A stretch of DNA of 64,000 nt from Macrostomum lignano. Its lineage: Eukaryota. A model generated the notes under the pieces. That model was not told the origin of the DNA. It searched no databases and saw only the letters and a list, made by a program, of their open reading frames with translations. The DNA lies in assembly GCA_002269645.1 (NCBI GenBank), contig NIVC01003694.1, positions 18,494 to 82,493 on the forward strand. Direction: 5' to 3'. Position 1 is the stretch's first letter. Each line of letters begins with the position of its first letter. This document shows, in pieces, positions 19,661 through 32,767 of this stretch. Made by a program: the position numbers and the translations under genes.

Positions 19661-20096
19661 ACGATGTTATTCAAAACGTCAAATTAATTCACTTTACTTT
19701 TAATATTCATTCTTAATCAAAATTTTATCTCTATTAATAACAGGCTATCTTTTCTACTCACCCAGAAAACAAATATTAAATCGAGATAGCAGACAGAGAA
19801 ATTAAGACAAAGAGCAGCAAAATTTAAATGATTAAATAAGTTCAGGAAACGCCGTTTATTTTTTACTTAGTTAGTGCAATCATATAAGCACATGCGGTAA
19901 ATATCGCTAGCATGTAACAGAGCTAATTAAACAAGCTAACAAATGGCACACAGGATAAAAAATCTTAAACTTGAACGTCAGTATTCATATGCTAATAACA
20001 ACAACCTAATGCAATGAATATCTATTATGTAAAGTTATCAGTCACCAAAAACAGTTTTACTTTAGCAGTTTTAATTTACCTAAAATAGTACGCAAC

Positions 20097-23000
20097 TTAC
20101 TCACGACTGGGATTCAGAAGCAGGTTGATCTGAAGTTGAAAAAACAGACAATAAGAATTTTCGAAAGTAAATACTCTAGACTAAAGCTGAACTACAGCTA
20201 TAGGTCTAAGGGAAGCTGGCCCAGCAACTGAGGATCTGGGAGGCTGGCCCAGCAACTGAGGATCTGGGAGGCTGGCCCAGCAACTGAGGATCTGGCAGGC
20301 TGGCCCAGCAACTGAGGATCTGGGAGGCTGGCCCAGCAACTGAGGATCTGGGAGGCTGGCCCAGCAACTGAGGATCTGGGAGGCTGGCCCAGCAACTGAG
20401 GATCTGGGAGGCTGGCCCAGCAACTGAGGATCTGGGAGGCTGGCCCAGCAACTGACACTCTGGGAGGCTGGCCCAGCAACTGAGGATCTCTGGGAGGCTG
20501 GCCCAGCAGCTGAGGATCTCTGGGAGGCTGGCCCAGCAACTGAGGATCTGGGAGGCTGGCCCAGCAACTGAGGATCTCTGGGAGGCTGGCCCAGCAACTG
20601 AGGATCTCTGGGAGGCTGGCCCAGCAACTGAGGATCTGGAAGGCTGGCCCAGCAACTGACACTCTTGGAGGCTGGCCCAGCAACTGAGGATCGGAGAGGC
20701 TGGCCCAGCAAGAGGATCTCAGATGAACTACATGTACACAAGCTTTAAACACCCTAGTTGGACATCTTATGAGGTGCTATTCAACATCATCAGCCCAGCT
20801 TACCTGTTCAACCGTAGGACAAGCAATTATCTGCAGTTCCTCTTCCGTATAGTGCTTCTCTAGTATTGACTCGATGCTTTTGAAGCACTGCAGAGTGTTG
20901 GCCTGTCCATGGGAGATAAATGCAACCAGCTGGCTATTATTGGCAAGGTAATATGGCAAACAAACGATAGAAAGAGAAATTCTAAGTGTGCTATCAGGTG
21001 CTCACCTAATAGCGCAATACTCAGAAAAAATACTGTATTGGATAAATTACACTTCACAGAAACCTTGAACTAAAGAAGTCTATTAATAAACATTGGCTTT
21101 AAACTACGACGTATCATTAACATACATAAAGTTACATATTCAATATTCTCTAAGAAACAATGCCTTGGTAATTGAAAGACAAAAAGGACAGAAAAATGAT
21201 TAATCAGCCTTGGATTAATTGGACAAAACAATCTTAAAATTGGACAAACCTATATTAAAATGGGACAAACAAATTTGAAAATTGGACTAACCAATCTTAA
21301 CATTGGACAAACCTATCCTAAAATTGGACAAACCAATCTTAAAATTGGACAAACCAATCTTAAAATTTGACAAACTAATCTGAAAATTGGACAAACCAAT
21401 CTTAAAATTGGACAAACCAATCCTAAAATTGGACAAACCAATCTGAAAATTGGACAAACCAATCTTAAAATTTGACAAACTAATCTAAAAATTGGACAAA
21501 CCAATCTTAAAATTTGACAAACCTATCCTAAAATTGGACAAACCAATCTGAAAATTGGACAAACCAATCTGAAAACTGGACAAATCTATGCTAAAATTGG
21601 ACAAACTAATCTAAAAATCGTACAAACCAGAGGAAGCCAATTCATAAGTGGATTGCTCACCTTAATCGGCCTGAACAGTATATGCTCAGTGTCCTGATTA
21701 GCCAGATACAATCGCAGACTATTCAATAAGGCAGGCACCTGAGTCTTCAATCTTTTATAAGCCTCAGCCAATAAATCGTGCAATTTCTCCGGCGCAGACC
21801 AAGGCTGATTGCGCAACAAAGCAACGTTTCCGGCGGACTGTTTGGCACTATTGGAGTTGAGCTCCTCCAAGTTGGAATACATTTTGCAGAACTCCGCAAC
21901 GCCTTGCGTTAGGCGCTCGCTAGCAGAGTTAATGAATCTTTGACAGGTTGCTCGGAGCTGGGAGTCCACCTAGCGAGTAGATTGGGACTCACCTGAACTA
22001 GTATGCTGTCTTGTCACTGTACAGTCATTCAATACTTTTCCTGACTGTCACTCTACCGGAATTGTCACTCTCAGATCTACATAGTCACTCAAAGACCTAC
22101 AGTTTATAGTCACTCTCTCAGACGGATATAGTCACATTCTCATACCTATATAGTCAATCTCAGACCTATAGTCACTAAGACTTTCACACTGCATATACTC
22201 TTTCTTTAAGTCACTTCACTAAGATTTTCAATATCAGACCTATATAGTCACTCTCAGAACTATATAGTCACTCTCAGATCTATATAGTCACTCCCAGACC
22301 AATATAGTCACTCCCAGACCTATATAGTCACTCCCAGACCTATATAGTCACTCCCAGACCTATATAGTCACTCTCAGACCTATATAGTCACTCCCAGACC
22401 AATATAGTCACACTCAGACCTATATAATCACCATCAGACCTATATAGTCACTCCCAGACCAATATAGTCACTCTCAGACCTATATAGTCACTCTCAGACC
22501 TATATAGTCAATCTCAGACCTATATAGTCACTCTCAGACCTATATAGTCACTCCTAGACCAATATAGTCACTCTCAGACCAATAAAGTCACTTCCAGACC
22601 AATATAGTCACTCTCAGAACTATATAGTCACTTCCTGACCAATATAGCCACTCTCAGACCTATATAGTCACTCCCAGACCAATATAGTCACTCCTAGATC
22701 AATATAGTCACTCTCAGACCAATAAAGTCACTCCCAGACCAATATAGTCACTCTCAGAACTATATAGTCACTTCCAGACCAATATAGCCACTCTCAGACC
22801 TATATAGTCACTCCCAGACCAATATAGTCACTCCCAGACCAATATAGTCACTCCCAGACCAATAGAGTCACTCTCAGACCTATATAGTCACTCCCAGACC
22901 TATATAGTCACTCCCAGACCTATATAGTCACTCCCAGACCTATATAGTCACTCCCAGACCTATATAGTCACTCCCAGACCTATATAGTCACTCTCAGACC

Positions 23001-26000
23001 TATATAGTCACTTCCAGACTAATAGAGTCACTCTTAGACCTATATAGTCACTCTCAGACCAATATAGTCACACTCAGACCTATATAATCACCATCAGACC
23101 TATATAGTCACTCCCAGACCAATATAGTCACTCTCAGACCTATATAGTCACTCTCAGACCTATATAGTCAATCTCAGACCTATATAGTCACTCTCTGACC
23201 TATATAGTCACTCCTAGACCAATATAGTCACTCTCAGACCAATAAAGTCACTTCCAGACCAATATAGTCACTCTCAGAACTATATAGTCACTTCCTGACC
23301 AATATAGCCACTCTCAGACCTATATAGTCACTCCCAGACCAATATAGTCCCTCCTAGATCAATATAGTCACTCTCAGACCAATAAAGTCACTCCCAGACC
23401 AATATAGTCACTCCCAGACCAATATAGTCACTCCCAGACCAATAGAGTCACTCTCAGACCTATATAGTCACTCCCAGACCTATATAGTCACTCCCAGACC
23501 TATATAGTCACTCCCAGACCTATATAGTCACTCCCAGACCTATATAGTCACTCCCAGACCTATATAGTCACTCTCAGACCTATATAGTCACTTCCAGACT
23601 AATAGAGTCACTCTTAGACCTATATAGTCACTCCCAGACCAATATAGTCACACTCAGACCTATATAATCACCATCAGACCTATATAGTCACTCCCAGACC
23701 AATATAGTCACTCTCAGACCTATATAGTCACTCTCAGACCTATATAGTCAATCTCAGACCTATATAGTCACTCTCTGACCTATATAGTCACTCCTAGACC
23801 AATATAGTCACTCTCAGACCAATAAAGTCACTCCCAGACCAATATAGTCACTCTCAGAACTAGATAGTCACTTCCAGACCAATATAGCCACTCTCAGACC
23901 TATATAGTCACTCCCAGACCAATATAGTCACTCTCAGACCAATAAAGTCACTCCCAGACCAATATAGTCACTCTCAGAACTATATAGTCACTTCCAGACC
24001 AATATAGCCACTCTCAGACCTATATAGTCACTCCCAGACCAATATAGTCACTCCCAGACCAATATAGTCACTCCCAGACCAATAGAGTCACTCTCAGACC
24101 TATATAGTCACTCCCAGACCTATATAGTCACTCCCAGACCTATATAGTCACTCCCAGACCTATATAGTCACTCCCAGACCTATATAGTCACTCCCAGACC
24201 TATATAGTCACTCTCAGACCTATATAGTCACTTCCAGACTAATAGAGTCACTCTCAGACCTATATAGGCACTCTCAGACCTATATAGTCACTCTTAGACC
24301 TATATAGTCACTCTCAGACCTACATAGTCACTCTCAAAGACAGTCACTCGCAAAAGCCAGACAAAAGTATATTGCAAGCAACAAGACACAAACCTGCTGT
24401 CTGCAATCCAGCGTATTCTCAACCACATCCGGGTGACTCTCGAGCAGAAACTGCAGAAAAGCATTGTTCCGATTCAATGCCCACAATCTGCCCCTAGCAG
24501 AGATCAGATTGACAGCCGCTGAACGCATCTTACTAAAGTCTAAACTGGCCTCTTTAATGATGCCGCCGGCGTCCAATTGAAACGGAGCAACTTGTTCGCG
24601 CAGAATCAGTAGATGCTTCATCAAAAATAAGTCGCAATCGACAGAAGTTTTACGACCAGCAATTGACTTTGAAGCGGATAGCAGGGACTGGACGCAGAGG
24701 TCCAACACTTCCTGGGCAAGGCCTTGAAATGTGCCTCTGTCTAGGCACCTGCTCAGCTTAGATAGCAGCGTCAGAGTGCGGCGCACTGTGGGATACCACA
24801 TGCCGTGCAGGTCAGCTGGGGACAGCGGCATGTTGGTCGACACCGATGAAGGTGGGTGGGGAGCCGCCAGGCCAGCGTCCGCCAGGGCACCTCCGGCTGA
24901 CACCTGCGAGTGAGACGGAGTACCCAGCTTTTGTGACAGGCTGCCCAGCAACTGAGGATCTGGGAGGCTGGCCCAGCAACTGACACTCTGGGAGGCTGGC
25001 CCAGCAGCTGAGACTCTGGGAGGCTGGCCCAGCAACTGAGGATCTCTGGGAGGCTGGCCCAGCAACTGAGGATCTGGGAGGCTGGCCCAGCAACTGACAC
25101 TCTGGGAGGCTGGCCCAGCAGCTGACACTGGGAGGCTGGCCCAGCAACTGAGGATCTGGGAGGCTGGCCCAGCAACTGAGGATCTGGGAGACTGGCCCAG
25201 CAACTGACACTCTGGGAGGCTGGCCCAGCAGCTGACACTCTGGGAGGCTGGCCCAGCAACTGAGGATCTCTGGGAGGCTGGCCCAGCAACTGACACTCTT
25301 GGAGGCTGGCCCAGCAACTGAGGATCTGGGAGGCTGGCCCAGCGACTGAGGATCTGGAAGGCTGGCCCAGCAACTGAGGATCTGGGAGGCTGGCCCAGCA
25401 ACTGTGGATCTGGAAGGCTGGCCCAGCGACTGAGGATCTGGGAGGCTGGCCCAGCGACTGACACTCTGGGAGGCTGGCCCAGCAACTGAGGATCTGGAAG
25501 GCTGGCCTAGCGACTGAGGATCTGGGAGGCTGGCCCAGCAACTGTGGATCTGGAAGGCTGGCCCAGCAACTGAGGATCTGGGAGGCTGGCCCAGCAACTG
25601 TGGATCTGGGAGGCTGGCCCAGCGACTGACACTCTGGGAGGCTGGCCCAGCAACTGAGGATCTGGAAGGCTGGCCTAGCGACTGAGGATCTGGGAGGCTG
25701 GCCCAGCAACTGTGGATCTGGAAGGCTGGCCCAGCAACTGAGGATCTGGGAGGCTGGCCCAGCAACTGTGGATCTGGGAGGCTGGCCCAGCAACTGAGGA
25801 TCTGGGAGGCTGGCCTAGCAACTGAGGATCCGGGAGGCTGGCTTAGCAACTGAGGATCTGGGAGGCTGGCTCAACAGCTGAGGAACTGGGAGGGCGGCAG
25901 CTGAGGCAAACGGAAGTGGTCCAACAAAAAACCTGCCCAAACGAGGAAATTCTATTCTCGCAGGGAGTGTCCGAACACGAAGGAAAGCTGCTTGACGTCA

Positions 26001-29000
26001 AAGCCATATAATTATCACCCAATTAGTCGAAAAATAACAATTTTTTGGAAAAGATGGGAGCCGGAAAAACAGATGCTGCACAATTAAAAACAAAGGGAGC
26101 TTAATATAATAGAAGAGGCGAGCAGGAACATCTAATTAGTGCCTATTAGTGTCTAAGAATTTTTCTGCTGAAAATGTTTCTTAAAAGGACGCGAACTGCA
26201 CACAATCATAGGATACACATGGCTAATTACTTATTGTAAAATTATTGCAAGCAGTAGAGAATATTGTTTTAACAGTAACCTCATCAAAATCAAAATATCC
26301 ACTTTAGAGTGAACTATTCAATCTCTATAAGTTCATATGAAAGTACATTCAATCGGTTCAAAAGCTATAAAAAAGTACATTCAATCGGTTCAAAAGCTAC
26401 ACTCAATCGGTTCAAAAGCTACACAAAAGTACATCCAATTGGTTCAAAAGCTACACAAAAGTACATTCAATCGGTTCAAAAGCTACACAAAAGTACATTT
26501 AATCGGTTCAAAAGCTACACAAAAGTACATTCAGTCAATCACAACCCTACGCAAAAGTGCATAGAATCTATTAAATTCATAACTTAAAAGTAGATGAACC
26601 CTATCATACTTGAAACCCATGCAAAATTAATTGCAGACGGTCAGTATCTTACTCAAAAGTACGTAATCGATTAAACGTACTACAGACAGCTATCAACCCT
26701 CCCTAAGAAATCATAATATTTGTCACAAACCTACTCTTAATATACTACTTGAAGATCATTGGTACATAAAAGCTCACCACTCCAATCTTGTATCATCCCT
26801 AAAAAAATACTCACCTGTCCAGTATTAAGACTATCAGCGATATTTCTCATCATCTCAAGCTTCTCCGGATAAGCCAAGTCCCCCGGAGCCGGCCGGAAGC
26901 CCAGAATCTCGGAATTAGCATAGACGTGAGTCCGATAGACCAGGCGCTCTTGAACGTCCGCTAAGATGGATCGACAGGCCCAGACAAAAGCAGCACCGGC
27001 CTCGGGTTCCGGCGCTGGCGGTATAGTGTCCGCAGCATCCAGTGAGGCGGTCGATTCTTGGTCTGAAAACAGTCCAAATTAATAATACAGATTAGTGAGA
27101 TTCAATGCTGCTTATACACGAATGCAGGAATTCCCTAGATGTGATTCTCTATAAGAACAGGGCACTAACAACCTTTAATTCCGACATAGAAACTCTAAAT
27201 GGTTAAGGATTTCCATGCTCAAATTCGCCATAAAGAAGGGATTCACCATAGAATACCAAAAATGGAGATATTCCAAAGAAACAGGATTCTCCATTGAAAC
27301 CAGTGTTTCAAATAGACACTGGCATCCCAAATAAAAACGGGGATTTTTCATAGACACAGGCTTCCTGAAAGAAACAGGGATTTTTCATAGACACTGGGCA
27401 TCATTATAGAAACTGAGATTTCCCATAGAAACTAGGATTCCTCATAAAAAATGGGGATTCCCTATAGACACTAGGATTCTTAAAAGAAACTGGGATTTCC
27501 CATAAAAAAGGGATTCTCTATAGAAAAAGGGATTCCCGTTAGAAACAGGGATTCACCATAGAAACAGGATTTCTCCATAGAAATAGGGATTCTCCATAGG
27601 AACAGGGATTCTCTATAGAAACAGGGATTCTCCATAGGAACAGGGATTCCCCAAAGAGACTGGGATTTCCCATAGAGACTGGGATTCACCATAGAAACAG
27701 GGATTCCGCATAGCATCAATCAGTTCGCCAAGCATAACGCAAGCTTCAATAACCTTGTCCGCCGTCCCGCTGCACTTGCTGCTGCTGTTGGGCGGCCAAG
27801 TCGATAGCCTCGCGCTGTAAAATATGGCACAATTCGCTCAACGTCTCCAAATGCTGCAAATGCACAACCGTTGGTCGGAAAGCGTCATAAAATGTTGAGC
27901 AAAGCCGGCGAAGCATAGCAGTCAGCAGCGGATGCAGAGAGCGAAAGAATTGGCGAAACAGGCTCTCTTCGTCATCGCAAAGATGCAATAGAAACGAACA
28001 GCCAGTCCGAGCCAGGCTGCAATGATCTGTGGAACAGCGAGCGGTCATCTCGGTTACAGCGGCTTGTACACTCGGCCGGAGCAGGCGTTCCCGATGTTGC
28101 ACGTAGGCGGCGGCGCATTCGTGCAAAGCGGATTGATAGTCCTGACTGCGAGACCGGCGGTCTTCTAATAGTTCCATTAGCGGTCGGACCTGTGATAAAA
28201 AATATGGCATTTAGAAATTTGCAATTTATGCTACTGAATAGTAACTTGTCAGTAGACTAGTAACGAATTTTCCTGTCCTTTCATATTTAAGGGTTATAAT
28301 ATATAGTGGAAGTAAATTAATTACTTTATGAAAATATTATAAAACGGAAATCAAGGAATTTGAGAGGATTAAAAATGGGATTAAATTCAATGGATTTATA
28401 GGAATTCGAAGGGATTAGAAAATGGGATTAACTTCAATGGATTTATAGGAATTCGAACGGATTAGAAAATGGGATTAAATTCAATGGATTTATAGGAATT
28501 TGAACGGATTAGAAAATGGGATTAAATTCAATGGATTTATAGGAATTCGAACGGATTAGAAAATGGGATTAAATTCAATGGATTTATAGGAATTCGAACG
28601 GATTAGAAAATGGGATTAAATTCAATGGATTTATAGAAATTTGAACGGATTAGAAAATGGGATTAAATTCAATGGGTTTATAGGAATTTGAGCGGATTTA
28701 AAATGGGATTGAATTCAATGGGATCTTGAGGAATTTGAGCAGATTAAAATCGACATAGGTATAAACTATTATATAGACAAATATTCACCTTGGCGCTGTG
28801 ACTTCTAAACCGCCCATAGAACAGAGTGAACGCATTCTCGGGCGAGAGTTGATCAATTTGCGACTCCAAGCTGAACACTGCATTCTCCAGTACTGAGAAC
28901 ACCGAATCGTGAATGAGAGTCAGGCATCGGGCCAAAACCTGTTTAAACTTCACGTGATAAGCGTGCGCCTCTTTGAATTCTGGATGGCGATTGACGAATT

Positions 29001-32000
29001 CTAAGCAGTCATCGATTTGGCTCAGCACGGGTTGTAGTGATTCGGCGGTCACTTGCAGATAGGGTGAGTTCAGTTTCTGCAAACAGTTATTGGGATAATG
29101 TATCCGGAACTAGGAAGTAACTGAGGCTCACTGTTTCTAATAGTATATATAATAACTATTACAAAATTCAGGTCGTAATTATTACGAACTTGATCCCAAA
29201 TATTGATAATCAGATCCCGACTACTAAGAACCAGATCTCAATTATTCATAGTTTAGATCCCAATTATTAATATTCAGATTTCCAATTATTAATATTCAGA
29301 CCCCAATTATTAATATTCAGATTCCCGATTATTAATATTCAGACTCCAATAATTAATATTCAGATTCCCAATAATTAATATTCAGACCCCAATTACTAAT
29401 ATTCAGATCCCAATTACTAAGAGTCAAATCGCAATTACAAAAATTCAGATAACAAAACTTCAAAGATTCCACATTATCCGGCTTTTAAATATTTAGTAAA
29501 TAATACTATAGACTCACTGCAGAGATCCTGTCGTAATGATTGAAATAGTCCAGACAGGTGTCAATCTGCTGTGCCCTTTGCAAAAGCCGATCCTGCTCAG
29601 CTAGCAGGTGCTCACAATCGTGATGCAAAGCATTAGTTTTTCCCGCCACTTCGCTGTACTGAGCTCGAAGTCTGTCCAAACTGTTCAGGGTGTCTGACAC
29701 GCCTTGGAGAAGTTCCTGCCATTTTAAGCGCTCCTTTTGAAGGCCGGCTTGAACGCTCCTGCAGTGATTTAGAGCTCAAGCTTTTTTGTATCATAGCATG
29801 CATTGACACATTAACTTTTACCCCATCCTAAATTTGATGGAATCCCTTTTATTATACAATTATTTATACTTAAAAAAGAAATTAATGACAAAATTGAACC
29901 CGTAATGAATGACTGATAAAATATATCCCTAATATTTACAATAAATTACTTTGACATTTGACTTTTGGGAGAAAGTGCTGGGATGTCAAGACTAAGAAGA
30001 GGTCAGAAGCTACATGTAGTTTATTCCAAAAATTTTATTACATTCCTTGTTGCCTCCCCAACAGGGGATGCTGACTGCTAGAATTACCTTTACCTTACTT
30101 CATTGATTTAATTTTTATAGGAAAAGTAAGCCACAATCAATAAATAAATGAGCAAATTCATAAAATTTAATGCATACCTAACCAGCATGTCACTTGGATC
30201 ATCAGACTCATCCTCATACTCCTTATACCACTCGAGAAACTGAAATTGATTTGTCAAACCAATTATTATAAGTTCAAGTTTGCTAATAATATAGTTTTGT
30301 TATTGCTGAATTTACTTACCTCAGTTATGTTTGTTAACTCTGTGATATTATCTGATGAATTCTAAAATGATAGATAAAAATCTTTATTTGTGTTTTATCA
30401 TCATTGTCAATGTTAAATATGTTAAAAAAACAACAGAGTCCAAGGATGTTCACTTTATTGAACCCAGCATAAAAACATTAGTAACATTATATAAAACTAC
30501 ATAGTATACTTAATACTGCATATAACTTTAGCTTAATACTTAGTATAAACCTTCCATATACTAAAAATGGTCAGTAGGTAGGTATGTGGGTATGTGATCA
30601 TTTGTATCTACAATTTGATAGTCTACAACAGAGGTCAGCAACCCTTTTCCACTTGAGGTTTTTAGTCCAAGACCATGGGCCACAGTGGGACATTTAGGTG
30701 GAAGGGATTTTAGAATTAAAAAAACAACTGTATTATAATTTGATGCATTCTTAGAAAGTCCAATTCCACTATACTGTCAGCCCTATAAATGTACATTTGT
30801 ACCCCTGCTGTTGGCCAGCTCCACCACCCCTTTTTTTGCTGCTAGGCCACACTCAGGAAGGTGTCACATGTGCGCGGGAATATATTTCAGCATATTTTTG
30901 GAGTGTGCACTGTGCGCGAAGCTAAAATATGAATTTGTGCGCCGAGGTCTACATTTGTTTATTGACAAATACATAGCTAGAGTACTAATACGCCGTAGCA
31001 CTAAAAAATCAGTAAAAGTCCAATTAAAACAAAACTAAAAACACGGTTAAATTTTTGTACCTTATATAGGCTTTTTTCAACTCAAAACTTTTGCTTTTTT
31101 TTAGCTCACATAGAAAATTATCAAAAGAAATAGTTTTATCTTTACAGTAAAATCCCATTTTGAATTTTATTATTCATTTTACTTACCAAGAAACAATTTT
31201 TTTTATTGATATGCTTGGAAAAAATGTAATCTTAAAGCATATTTTACGCACTGCATATGCAGATTATACATTTAGGTGACTCATTGTGAGCTAAATTTTT
31301 CTGATCAGGTTTTGCTGTGCACCAATGTGCACTAAAAACTGCTAAGCCTTTGTTGTGCACTGTATGCACCATTTCGCGCACATTTGTCGTTGATGTGCAC
31401 CGGAATTTTCCACCATAATGTATGGCTACCAGCTGCCACAGAACAGGGGGGGGCAGGGGGGGGGCAGCTGCCTCCCTGACATTGAGTTGGGGGGGGGGGC
31501 ATTGCCCCCCTCAAATACCATCCAACAGCATAATTTTGCTCAAATTTTTGGTCACTGTCCAAGACAGGGTCTGGGCTTGAGTTTCGGAAACTTGGTCCTG
31601 TCCCCCCTTGGCAAAAACTCGTTCCGCGGCGCCTGGTGGCTGCTAGGTTCCCCAATTTCTATTCTATTTGAAGAACTGATATGCTGTTTGTCTAGACTTG
31701 TAAACAGCCACTGTTTACAATTGAGGGAAGGAATTCCCATTTTCAATGGACAAAATTTTTGTTTAAATTAGCTAAAATTGTATCAAAATTTCTACAAAAA
31801 ATATATAACTTTGACTAACTAATACTACTCATAAATTTTTGCCTTTGACTTGAAATTTGAACAAAGGAACAATAAAGATCTCTTCTATTGAATGAAATAA
31901 TAAACCTAAAATAGAAAGTTCTGAATTTTTTAAGTTCAATTGTTGAAACATTGGGATACAAATATATTATGACTAGGATATGAGAAAAACAAAACAAAAA

Positions 32001-32767
32001 TAAGCCATAGATTTTTTATTACAAATCTATTAACTTTTTATAAACTTAAAAACAAAAGAAAAACTTTTAAAATATCACCTACTATTTTTCTATAGTTACA
32101 AATGACCAAGAGAAAGATCATGATTAATTAAGCATATAGTTTATTTATAAAGCAATAAAACAGTGTCCTTTTTAAAAATAAACTTTGCTTTGACAACTTA
32201 TTTTTCTATGTCATTTTCTGGTATAGCCCATATAGGCTGTTTATCTTTAAATATCAGTAATAGTTTTTAATTATGACTTTCCTAAACTGAAACTACCCAA
32301 AGCATAATAAATAGAACTTTTTAATTGAAAACATGGACACAACCTTAGGATTCACTTGGCCATTTCTATTGGCAACACATAGGCCTACATGTAAGTCGCT
32401 ATTGGATGGAATAGTAGTCATGTGACTACTCTCAGCCAATAGTGACTTACATGTATGTGTTTAATAAAATATTACAACTAAATTAAAATCCTTACAATCC
32501 TAAAAAATGAATCCTATTGAACCTCTACTTAATAATATAATTATCTGTTTGCTTTCTATATAGGGCCAAACATATACTGTATAACAAAATTTATATTAAA
32601 TTATCATCTGCCATAGCCCATACCTCTTGATATTTTGCTTTGCTTTCACTTGATGAAGGTACAAAAACATCTTTCTCTGAATCTTCAATGCTACTAGTAA
32701 GATAAAAAACTGAGTCTACAGCAGCATCAGACAACTCAATTGAATCCCAATCAAAGGAAGCCTGCAT
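20097..32767 (-). CDS. COG3: Conserved oligomeric Golgi complex subunit 3, 11 coding exons, about 803 aa. Exons 32767-32624, 30361-30320, 30239-30178, 29758-29518, 29076-28789, 28189-27754, 27062-26815, 24903-24394, 21969-21661, 20902-20804, 20129-20097.
   Basis: All junctions are GT-AG and phase-compatible (2412 nt total). COG3 motifs: 'KTNALHHDCEHLL', 'KLNSP', 'NAFTLFYGRFR', 'HLETLSELC', 'DVQERLVYRTH', 'PAPGDLAYPEKL', 'SPADLHGMWYPTVRRTL', 'LFLMKHLLILREQVAPF', 'LYLANQDTEHILFRPIK', 'LQIIACP'. The first three and the last exon are less certain. Confidence 0.93.
20208..20720 (+). repeat. 28-bp minisatellite (GGAGGCTGGCCCAGCAACTGAGGATCTG), COG3 intron 10
   Basis: Directly visible. Confidence 0.96.
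21225..21625 (+). repeat. 21-bp minisatellite (AAAATTGGACAAACCAATCTT), COG3 intron 9
   Basis: Directly visible. Confidence 0.95.
22235..24335 (+). repeat. 20-bp minisatellite (TATATAGTCACTCCCAGACC) with higher-order duplications, COG3 intron 8
   Basis: Directly visible; variant blocks recur (e.g. near 22420, 23080 and 23660). Confidence 0.97.
24940..25895 (+). repeat. 28-bp minisatellite, same family as 20208-20720, COG3 intron 7
   Basis: Directly visible. Confidence 0.96.
26325..26545 (+). repeat. 32-bp minisatellite (TCAATCGGTTCAAAAGCTACACAAAAGTACAT)
   Basis: About 6 visible units. Confidence 0.9.
27270..27710 (+). repeat. 19-bp minisatellite (AACAGGGATTCTCCATAGA), COG3 intron 6
   Basis: Degenerate tandem units. 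Confidence 0.88.
28360..28745 (+). repeat. 47-bp minisatellite, COG3 intron 5
   Basis: Unit ACGGATTAGAAAATGGGATTAAATTCAATGGATTTATAGGAATTCGA, about 8 copies. Confidence 0.93.
29215..29450 (+). repeat. ~21-bp minisatellite (CCCAATTATTAATATTCAGA-like), COG3 intron 4
   Basis: Degenerate tandem units. Confidence 0.85.
31430..31635. mobile_element. hAT-like MITE (206 bp) in COG3 intron 1
   Basis: Imperfect TIRs: CAGCTGCCACAGAAC at the left end, reverse complement of the right end CAGGCGCCGCGGAAC. Flanks ATGGCTAC / GTGGCTGC form a 6/8-matching 8-bp TSD. Subterminal G-runs are present. Confidence 0.55.

Noticed and set aside
20777-20803. COG3 ending by read-through at the TAG at 20777
   Set aside because: A strong CAG|GTAAGC donor and a downstream exon 'INLLLNPSRE*' (20129-20097) fit the family C-terminus better. 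Intron retention remains possible.
13405-24335. Regularly spaced repeats as CRISPR arrays
   Set aside because: Units are head-to-tail with no unique spacers, there are no cas genes, and the context is eukaryotic with spliced genes.
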